A stretch of DNA of 33,188 nt from a virus. Position 1 is the first letter of the stretch, and every line of letters begins with the position of its first letter. Made by a program: the position numbers and the translations under genes. The stretch is from the UHGV virus genome UHGV-0218401; one strand, written 5' to 3'. Under the pieces are notes generated by a model, which was not told where the DNA came from, made no database searches, and saw only the letters and a program-made list of their open reading frames with translations. Positions 26,126 through 33,188 of this stretch are shown here, piece after piece.

Positions 26126-26436
26126 CTTAACAAAAACGAGCCTCAAACGTTCATGCAAACTCATGCAGCATAGACATACACTACATCAACAGCATCCATT
26201 GCTATCATTTCCAGTTCGCTTCCTACAACATCATTGCGAATAGTTATGTTACCAAGCGGCTTTTTCATACCTTTTCGGCATGACACTTCAGACGCACCAA
26301 TACTGACGTGTAATGCTTCCCCCGCAACGTCAACCCACTTAATGGTAATTTAATGTAGTTGCATGAGACGAAAAAATCTCCATAGTTGACAGACTCTATA
26401 AATGCAGTATCACTAGCAAGCATGAATAAACATGCA

Positions 26437-27141
26437 TCATCTAACAGATACTTTTGCATAAATCAAAGGCCTATCCGAAGAGCCATTTTTACGTACGACC
26501 ACTCCACTGATATCATGGTTTTTACCAAGATCTCGTAATGAGGCGCACAATGCCTTGTTGACATATCCTAGATGATTGTCGTTTTTCGTTACTAATATGG
26601 CCAGCGGATCAACAGTATTGGTATCTTCATTGCGCAATATGACTTCATCACCAATTGATATCTCGTCAAGAGCTAGACGCCCTTCCTTAATCATGTGTCT
26701 CGTTCCGGCGACCTCCATGACATAATCAAAAGGTGGCCGAATAGAAGACAAGTCTGGGACAAAATAAAAACCATCACTAGCCACTTTTCCGCCAGTACAA
26801 GCGAGCAAAACGAAGTCATTCTCTCTAAAATCAGCAGGAAGACGAAACGTCAGCAAGTAATCGGCAAAATCTTCTCTTTTCCTAGAGGGTAACCTTCTTG
26901 AAAAGGTTTGCATAACGTCTTTGCGATGAGTCGTAACTTTTATGTCAAAAGCAGGAAAACCGTGAAAGCCTTTATCCACAGCTTTAGCAAAATCTTTGCT
27001 ATCCGTAAGATAATTAAACTCGTAGCCTTCAGACTCATCTTGAAGAAGTTCACCAACGACATAGCGAGAGCCGCCGTCGGTCGGTTGCCATGTCAGTAAG
27101 AGCCTACTTGGCATGGGAATTTTTTCTATTAAGATAGTCAT
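26437..27141 (-). CDS. Hypothetical protein (234 aa), third gene of the exonuclease-kinase cassette
   Basis: ATG overlaps the kinase stop (ATGA), implying translational coupling; AT-rich; no motif I can recognise by eye. Confidence 0.6.
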   Translation of the reverse strand: MTILIEKIPMPSRLLLTWQPTDGGSRYVVGELLQDESEGYEFNYLTDSKDFAKAVDKGFHGFPAFDIKVTTHRKDVMQTFSRRLPSRKREDFADYLLTFRLPADFRENDFVLLACTGGKVASDGFYFVPDLSSIRPPFDYVMEVAGTRHMIKEGRLALDEISIGDEVILRNEDTNTVDPLAILVTKNDNHLGYVNKALCASLRDLGKNHDISGVVVRKNGSSDRPLIYAKVSVR

Positions 27142-28049
27142 GAAGTAACACCTTTAATCAGTTCAATACGCATGTTTGTTACACGAACAATCCATGCAGC
27201 ACGTTCTCTAGTCAGCGGAACAGGGCAGTTTATTTCCGTCAACTCCGCAAAAGTTGAGTCCCAAAAGTCATGGTTCAAACGAGCCAGTCTTTCAGCTACC
27301 CGCTGTTTTAATTCTTCTTTTTTATCACAAAGTTCTTTGATTAACTCTAAATGACCTAATCTCTGATACTCATCTTTGCCCAGAGTCTTACGCAAATGAT
27401 GCTTTCCCCGGCTAACATGCTCCCTGAGTCTATGATCGGTCCAATCAGCAACATGTTCCGGAAAACGTTCGTAGCATAAGCTCGTACCATTATCGAAAAA
27501 TGGTGCAAGCTGACACTCGCTGGTTAAAGGTGAGAAGATAAACCCCCAGTTTTCTTGATGTCTATCTGTATTACCTATTACTGCGTCAAAGAGAGCCATA
27601 TTCTCCAACCACTCAACATAGTCAACTTTAAGAGCTTTCGCGATAATCCTCAGCCCTTCAATGGAATGCTTAGCTCCTTTCTCACGATCAAAATTTGGAT
27701 CTCTTCGAACAAAGTAATCACCAGCGGGAGCAAATTTCTCATAATCTTTATGATGAAACCACTCAATGAGGGCCCCGCAAAACGTATGCCCCAAATCATT
27801 AGTCTTTAACGAAGGAACTGCTTTGGGGACATTAAAACCAAGCTGCAATCCAATCCTGTAGGCAACGATCTCACACCAAAATTGATCTGGGTATTTTTTA
27901 ATACTTCTCTTAAAAAGATACGGCCACGATGCTTTGATACCATGGGGGGCAACATCAGGGGAAATAACCAATGCCTTAGAGCGAGCACCAACAGGATACT
28001 GTGCGAAAACATCTAGCTCAGTCCAATAGGTTACATCTAAGCAATCCAT
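27138..28049 (-). CDS. HipA-like Ser/Thr protein kinase (HipA_C-type core, 303 aa)
   Basis: Catalytic-loop signature VIGNTDRHQENWGF (compare HipA ...GATDGHAKNFS); AGGA RBS; ATG start; 15-nt gap after the exonuclease gene. Confidence 0.65.
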   Translation of the reverse strand: MDCLDVTYWTELDVFAQYPVGARSKALVISPDVAPHGIKASWPYLFKRSIKKYPDQFWCEIVAYRIGLQLGFNVPKAVPSLKTNDLGHTFCGALIEWFHHKDYEKFAPAGDYFVRRDPNFDREKGAKHSIEGLRIIAKALKVDYVEWLENMALFDAVIGNTDRHQENWGFIFSPLTSECQLAPFFDNGTSLCYERFPEHVADWTDHRLREHVSRGKHHLRKTLGKDEYQRLGHLELIKELCDKKEELKQRVAERLARLNHDFWDSTFAELTEINCPVPLTRERAAWIVRVTNMRIELIKGVTS

Positions 28050-28064
28050 AGCTAAGTCCTATAT

Positions 28065-28610
28065 TTATTTTTTATTTAAATTCATATAGATGTGAGAAAC
28101 CTGTGCGATCTGAAATAAAACATCATCGAATGCTGTGTGCCTAATGCCAGTGAAATTTTTATCAGCATGAGAAAAAATTCCTTTGCTTTCACCAAGTGCT
28201 AAGATGGTTCTAACGTCAAGAGTATCTCTGAATGACCATGGGCAATCCAGACCCGCCTGTAACAGGGCATGATGCATGATCGTGCAGTCAAACTCTTTCC
28301 CGTTTCCCCACACTTTTACTCGGCCAGTACGATTATGAAGAATAAATGCCACAAATTCATTCAGAACCTCTAAAAGGTCCTTAGTGCCATCAAAATTTTC
28401 GTTTTTAGCTTCAGTACTTTGATTCATCCACCACTTTACAGTAGAGGGGGCAATGGTTCTGCCTGCTTGTTCATGATCAAGCGAAATAACTTGATAGAAA
28501 CCCGGACCAATCTCGCCAGTCTCCGGCACGAAAAAAGCCGCACCAACTGAAAGGATATAAGCTGTTTTTTCAACATCCAATGTTTCTATATCTAACATTA
28601 CATGATTCAT
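28065..28610 (-). CDS. DEDDh-type 3'-5' exonuclease (DnaQ/RNase T-like fold)
   Basis: Exo I MLDIETLD (D-x-E), Exo II VWGNGKEFD, Exo III H-x4-D in GIRHTAFDDV; ATG at 28610 chosen (ORF track begins at a TTG three codons earlier); about 181 aa. Confidence 0.7.
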   Translation of the reverse strand: MNHVMLDIETLDVEKTAYILSVGAAFFVPETGEIGPGFYQVISLDHEQAGRTIAPSTVKWWMNQSTEAKNENFDGTKDLLEVLNEFVAFILHNRTGRVKVWGNGKEFDCTIMHHALLQAGLDCPWSFRDTLDVRTILALGESKGIFSHADKNFTGIRHTAFDDVLFQIAQVSHIYMNLNKK

Positions 28611-28783
28611 AAGAAGCAATTGAAACCATTTAGTAAAAATTGAAAGCTATCACCACATTAATGCATGGCATATACATTTGTGGACGAAAACAAGTATTCT
28701 GATTATAACCCAAGTGAAAATCTCAAGTGTCGTAACTTTCACTCGGTTGTTTTCAGTTTCGAAAAACTACTGGGAAGATCCAT

Positions 28784-28954
28784 CTAGTGGTTGTATTCAT
28801 GAGCGCGAATTCTCGCCATCAGCTCATCAGTCAACTCAGAAACCCACTGCAGAGCCAGCCCCTTCTCTTCATCACTACACTCACTAGCCGCTACAAGCTT
28901 AAGAAAAAAATCAATGCGCTGGAGCTTCAAAGACTCCAAAAAATAGTCCTGCAT
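28784..28954 (-). CDS. Small ORF (56 aa) between A and the cassette, not in the ORF track
   Basis: ATG at 28954 with GGAGGAAAG RBS 6 nt upstream; translation MQDYFLESLKLQRIDFFLKLVAASECSDEEKGLALQWVSELTDELMARIRAHEYNH; stop TAG at 28784-28786. Confidence 0.3.
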   Translation of the reverse strand: MQDYFLESLKLQRIDFFLKLVAASECSDEEKGLALQWVSELTDELMARIRAHEYNH

Positions 28955-29106
28955 CTTTCCTCCTATGACACCACAAGCAACACTGTATGCACAACCACTG
29001 TTTATATTTACAGTATATAATAATCTTACTGATGTAAAACGTTTTTTACGTTCATCAGCCTGATATGCCTGGTATTATTAAGAGCACGAATTGTTAACCC
29101 ACGTGA

Positions 29107-31521
29107 TTAATACAGGTTCCGCCACTTATCATCTTCCTGCAAACGCTGGTTCCGATAGAAGATACGCAGGCCTGCTCCTGACGGAATACTGCCACCGCGA
29201 AGGAGCAAATCGACCTCTTTCTCGCTGCCATCAAATCCTCTTGACTTCAGTTCATAGACGAGCTGCTGACGCTGATACTCTGTAATTCGCTGTTTGTAGT
29301 CTTTACGCCGTTTCGGTTTCATCAGGCGTAATCTTGCTGCCAGTTCCTGGCGCTCTTTTTTGCTCATACTGTGCAGGTAATCGTGCAACTCCTTGTCATC
29401 CATACAGGTAATGTCAGTTCTGGGATCCCCATCTGTTGATTTATCTTTCTCCTGTTGGTTCAAATTTTCAGCAAGGGGACAGTTATTGCCACGAGTCCAA
29501 GGGGCGCAAGCGCCCTGGTCGGCTGCCGCCTCCTGAACGTCAACGGCCTTACGAACCATTTTCCACTTCACCGCATGAGTGCAGATCTTGCCCTCTGCAA
29601 TGGGTGACCAGATGCCATAAATACGAATACCGTGATCGCCATATGCGGTCGGTTCTTCGTTGATTTCATAAGCAGTTCTGATGAGGTGATATTTGCGGGG
29701 AACCAGTACGCCGCCCTGCTTCATGATGTAGGTGGCAAAACAACCAGCATCAGCAGCAGCCAGGATTGCATCAAGACGCGGGTTATCCAGTACCGGCGCA
29801 CCTGCTTTTTTGTCACCCTGTTGCCTTGCCGCCTGACCAGCCAGCAATCGCAGTTCACGGTAAGCCTGACGCCCCGGAATGCCAAAGAAGCGGAATTGCT
29901 GAACACGATGCAGAGACGCCCAGGCATTAACGTATTCAGCGTTATCACGCAGGGATTTACCCGTTTCCTTGCTGATCTCCCCAGCCAGACCACGCCCGTC
30001 AATGTTCTTACTGATGTATTTCGCGATATAGCTTGTTGGCGTACCTTTGCGCGGGTTTATCAGCTCAGACTTAAAGCGTGGTCCCGTGTTATTGCCCAGC
30101 TCCTCACGGTCTTCACGGATGGCAAACTTACGCAGTAATGCAGTGATGGCTCGGCGGTCTTTTTTACGCATGAAACACATGAGATGCCAGTGCACAGTAC
30201 CGTCATGATGCGGCTCAGCTACCCGCACGCCATACCAGCGCAACTCGGCTTTATGCATAGCCTTACGAAATGCAGCAAACATGCCGACCAGATAATCGCT
30301 ACTTTGTCTTACCGTCGCGTTTGTCCAGGTCGGGTTTGGTCTGCCGTTATTGAGCGTGGAATGGAAACGCGACGGACAGGTGATAGTGTAGAAAACGGCA
30401 CAGTCACTGCGCATTTCCGCGATAAGCTCCAGACCTTTAACACAGGCCATCATCTCATTGCGGCGATGCGCCGGGTTGCTGCTGCTGGCGTTTACCACAT
30501 CTTCCATATCCAGCGTGTCGCCGTCTTCGTTCACCAGTTCATGAGAACGAAAAAACTCCAGCGACTTACGGCGCTGCTCACGTTTATGCATCACGGCTTC
30601 ATAGCTGACATAGGGGGATGCTTTTTTGCTGACCAGGCAGACAGCACGCAACTGCTCTTCCCGCCATTCGCAACGCATCTTCCATAATTTCCGATACCAC
30701 CAGTCGGCACACAACATACGCGCCAGCGAACCCGGGATGAGTTCATAGGGCACTGGTTTGCGGCGGTTTCTTTTCCGACGAAGTTTCTCAAACGCAGGCG
30801 GGATAACATCCAGACGCAGGGTTTCCGCTGCCACCTTTTCCCATGTCTTGCGGATTTCTTCTGGCTTAACGTCATCGGTGGCATACAAATCACCACAAGC
30901 GTCCTCAAGACACATGCTCATATGCGCTGCTACCAGGGTGGACAGGCGTTTCACCTGATCCTGGCTCATTTCAGGCAGGATCAGCAGACCCTCCAGCCCT
31001 TGATGGCTTGCCATAAAACGGAAAGAAACAGATAGCTGACTGTCACGTACACAATCCAGTCGCTCCAGACATGGCTTAATCGTCTCACGCAAATAGCGGG
31101 AATAAGCCTTTGGCCTGCCCAGGCTGCTGAAGTATTCAATACGTTGCATCAGCGGCTTGCTGATATGGGAAGGCTGGGCGTTTACGTCCGCCAGAATGAC
31201 CATGTCCGGATTAAAACGCTGCTGCTCATGCGCCAGCTTTGCCCGGCTAATGAGCTTATCCTGCTCCATTTCGCGCTGGACAGGATCACGGGATTCATTA
31301 AAGAAATAACGCTCCCAGACCTGCTCACTCAGTGCCTCGCGGCGCAGTTGTTCCTGCTCGTTATCGGCAGCGTACAGAGTGATCAGGTTTGAAAGTGCAG
31401 ACTCCGGCGCAACTTCCGCCGGGTCCAGATAAGGGTTAATGGCCTTTTTCGAGCCGTTCCATGAAAATGCTGCGGCGGCCTCGTTAAAGCCGCTGCAATT
31501 GTTCATATCGTCATGACTCAT
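29107..31521 (-). CDS. A: Rolling-circle replication initiator (P2 gpA-like)
   Basis: HUH motif TVHWHLMCF and tandem-Tyr active-site region SYIAKYISK; ATG at 31521 with GGAG RBS (the ORF track starts at the GTG 2 codons earlier); ATGA overlap with the dam stop. Confidence 0.9.
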   Translation of the reverse strand: MSHDDMNNCSGFNEAAAAFSWNGSKKAINPYLDPAEVAPESALSNLITLYAADNEQEQLRREALSEQVWERYFFNESRDPVQREMEQDKLISRAKLAHEQQRFNPDMVILADVNAQPSHISKPLMQRIEYFSSLGRPKAYSRYLRETIKPCLERLDCVRDSQLSVSFRFMASHQGLEGLLILPEMSQDQVKRLSTLVAAHMSMCLEDACGDLYATDDVKPEEIRKTWEKVAAETLRLDVIPPAFEKLRRKRNRRKPVPYELIPGSLARMLCADWWYRKLWKMRCEWREEQLRAVCLVSKKASPYVSYEAVMHKREQRRKSLEFFRSHELVNEDGDTLDMEDVVNASSSNPAHRRNEMMACVKGLELIAEMRSDCAVFYTITCPSRFHSTLNNGRPNPTWTNATVRQSSDYLVGMFAAFRKAMHKAELRWYGVRVAEPHHDGTVHWHLMCFMRKKDRRAITALLRKFAIREDREELGNNTGPRFKSELINPRKGTPTSYIAKYISKNIDGRGLAGEISKETGKSLRDNAEYVNAWASLHRVQQFRFFGIPGRQAYRELRLLAGQAARQQGDKKAGAPVLDNPRLDAILAAADAGCFATYIMKQGGVLVPRKYHLIRTAYEINEEPTAYGDHGIRIYGIWSPIAEGKICTHAVKWKMVRKAVDVQEAAADQGACAPWTRGNNCPLAENLNQQEKDKSTDGDPRTDITCMDDKELHDYLHSMSKKERQELAARLRLMKPKRRKDYKQRITEYQRQQLVYELKSRGFDGSEKEVDLLLRGGSIPSGAGLRIFYRNQRLQEDDKWRNLY

Positions 31522-32375
31522 ACACACACTCCGTACACGGCAGAACTATCCACGCCACGCGAAGGATCAAATCCCAACCAGCAGCTCGGCCCGGAAACAG
31601 CAATGATTTCTGTTGCAGATTTACCCTCGCCAGCTGACACGCCGATGCTGCGTTTTGCCTTGATATAGTGGTGAGTAAAATTGCGATACAGCGAACGAAT
31701 CAGGGATGTGTCATTGTTAGAAACAATGACCGGATGTCCTTCTGATGACCGATGTTCAAGAATGGATGCCAGGTGATACTGGTCATCTTCAGTGAAACCA
31801 TCAGTGTGATAGCCGGAAAACGTACCGTCATACGGCGGATCGCAATACACCACATCCCCCACCTGCAGCATCGCCAGCGTTTCATCAAAGCTCGCGCAGA
31901 TAAACGTTGCCCGCTGGGCTTTCTCTGCAAATGCGCGAATTTCTTTTTCAGGGAAATACGGATTTTTATAATTACCGTAGGGAATGTTGAAATACCCGCT
32001 CTTGTTATAGCGACATAAACCACGGTAACCGTGACGATTGAGATACAGGAAATATATCGCCTTCATGAAATCAGTAATTTCAGTTGAGTAATTAAACTCC
32101 TGTCTTATGTTGTAATAAGCCAGCTCACTGTTTGCTTCCTCAAATAAAACTTTGGCACGAGATATAAACGCTTCGCAATCAGCGGCAATCTTTTTATAGA
32201 GGTTGATTAAATCAGGATTAATATCCGCAACCAGATAGCTGGGGTAATCCGTCGCCATCATCACAGCACAAGAACCCGCGAAAGGTTCAACCAGTCGCGG
32301 GCCAGCAGGAAGGTATTTTTTCAGTTCGGACATAATGGCGGTTTTATTACCCGCCCATTTCAGGATGGTGCTCAT
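31518..32375 (-). CDS. dam: DNA adenine methyltransferase (Dam-like, GATC class)
   Basis: Motif [10 protein letters not shown] and motif IV DPPY ([10 protein letters not shown]), and overall collinearity with E. coli Dam (KWAG(G/N)K, LYLNR.GY.GLCRYN); start at the ATG at 32375 with GGAGG RBS. Confidence 0.85.
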   Translation of the reverse strand: MSTILKWAGNKTAIMSELKKYLPAGPRLVEPFAGSCAVMMATDYPSYLVADINPDLINLYKKIAADCEAFISRAKVLFEEANSELAYYNIRQEFNYSTEITDFMKAIYFLYLNRHGYRGLCRYNKSGYFNIPYGNYKNPYFPEKEIRAFAEKAQRATFICASFDETLAMLQVGDVVYCDPPYDGTFSGYHTDGFTEDDQYHLASILEHRSSEGHPVIVSNNDTSLIRSLYRNFTHHYIKAKRSIGVSAGEGKSATEIIAVSGPSCWLGFDPSRGVDSSAVYGVCV

Positions 32376-32599
32376 ACAGCACCTCCGTTGTAATGTTTGC
32401 CTTTCAGCTCTGCGATTTCCTGGCAGGTAATGCAAAGCTGCACTCCAGGAATGGCACGGCGGCGTGCTGGCGGAATTGGCGCTTCACACTCAACGCAAAG
32501 CACGCGGGACACGCCCGGCGTTTTGGCACGGGCAGCACGGATATGGCGTTGGCGTTCTTCTTCAACGCGCTGCTGTACGAGATCCATTGCATCAGCCAT
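32372..32599 (-). CDS. TraR/DksA-family C4 zinc-finger protein (P2 orf82-like)
   Basis: CVECEAPIP...CITCQ Cys4 arrangement in a 75-aa protein; typical of the P2 early region between B and A. Confidence 0.7.
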   Translation of the reverse strand: MADAMDLVQQRVEEERQRHIRAARAKTPGVSRVLCVECEAPIPPARRRAIPGVQLCITCQEIAELKGKHYNGGAV

Positions 32600-32832
32600 C
32601 AGTGGATCTCCTGCGCTTCGTTCTGGATTGCTTCAGCAGTCACACGCAGCAGTTCTGCCGCTTCGACGTGGTTTAGCTGGCGGGAGGTGATATGACACGC
32701 CAGGCTATCGAGGCGAGCAGCCATTGCTTCAGCCCTTGCCCGGCGTTCTTCCAGACGAGCCTCTGTCAGTAAAAGATTAAGACCTGCATCATCCGGTCCG
32801 GTTTTGGTCGTGAGGGTTTCAATATTACGCAT
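32599..32832 (-). CDS. Hypothetical early-region protein (77 aa)
   Basis: ATG at 32832 with AGGAGA RBS; overlaps the downstream gene start; function unknown. Confidence 0.5.
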   Translation of the reverse strand: MRNIETLTTKTGPDDAGLNLLLTEARLEERRARAEAMAARLDSLACHITSRQLNHVEAAELLRVTAEAIQNEAQEIH

Positions 32833-32899
32833 AAGCAATTCTCCTGAATTTAGATAAAGGGATGCCCGGCGGGTTTACGCCATTAATTTCATTAGTTGG

Positions 32900-33142
32900 T
32901 TAATTCGGCATGGTTAGCCGTCTGGGAAATAAGCTCACCACTGCACGAAAATGATTCATTGCTTTAATCAACTCCCGCTTTTCGTCAGTGGTCAGCTCAT
33001 TAATGCTGATGCTATGACGTTCAGCTGGAATTTTTGCCATAAAGAATATGGCAGCCAGTGCCCGTTTATTTTGTTCATTATTGATATCCTGTGGATCACG
33101 CATATCTTTAATAAACCGCTCAAGCTCTGACTCAATATTCAA
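32900..33142 (-). CDS. Hypothetical protein (AT-rich), start uncertain
   Basis: The ORF track starts on a TTG with no RBS; the internal ATGs also lack a clear RBS; AT-rich composition. Confidence 0.25.
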   Translation of the reverse strand: MNIESELERFIKDMRDPQDINNEQNKRALAAIFFMAKIPAERHSISINELTTDEKRELIKAMNHFRAVVSLFPRRLTMPN

Positions 33143-33188
33143 ACCAAAAACTTTCGCCCTTAACTCCGCAATATGATTAAGTCCATTC

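Noticed and set aside
26265-26459. 64-aa ORF downstream of the 234-aa gene
   Set aside because: No RBS, overlaps the end of the upstream gene, odd composition; kept only as a possible remnant in the findings.
32900-33142. Confident gene call for the 80-aa AT-rich ORF at the right edge
   Set aside because: TTG start without RBS and no recognisable motif; retained only as a low-confidence feature.
1-33188. CRISPR arrays, tRNA/tmRNA or rRNA genes
   Set aside because: I found no regularly spaced direct repeats and no sequence with tRNA-like acceptor/T-arm features (for example GGTTCGAATCC-type T-loops) on either strand. The hairpins near 1400-1500 do not fit a tRNA.

Overview
This window is most of a P2-like (Peduovirus-type) prophage in an enterobacterial genome, read mainly on the minus strand, with five accessory insertions that are the main points of interest. 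All identifications rest on reading the sequence and on recalled family motifs and P2 gene order; no database search, HMM or alignment was run. Backbone, left to right: ogr, D, U, T (tape measure), E and E+E' (with the T TTT TTG slippery site), FII, FI, tail fibre H and assembly protein, I, J, W, V, S, R, the lysis cassette (lysC/lysB/lysA, endolysin, holin), X, L, M, N, O on the minus strand; P and Q on the plus strand; a 186/P2-like cos site; then A, a Dam methylase and a TraR/DksA-like zinc-finger gene on the minus strand. Accessory content: (1) a three-gene AT-rich operon at the tin/old position between A and cos, encoding a DEDDh 3'-5' exonuclease, a HipA-like Ser/Thr kinase and a 234-aa protein with no recognisable motif. 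I do not recognise this as a described system and it is my top candidate for something new. (2) A Septu-like pair (P-loop ATPase plus HNH nuclease) between portal gene Q and cos. (3) A Gin/Pin/Hin-family invertase with a 1.48 kb invertible tail-fibre segment bounded by inverted 26-bp crossover sites, at the Z/fun position. (4) An AT-rich polytopic membrane protein gene inserted divergently between S and V. (5) A compact 256-aa reverse transcriptase (YMDD) with a small single-TM ORF upstream, just beyond ogr and probably in the host flank. No tRNA, rRNA or CRISPR array was found. Coordinates between about 24050 and 25950 may be off by 1 nt because my manual indexing disagreed with the ORF track there.
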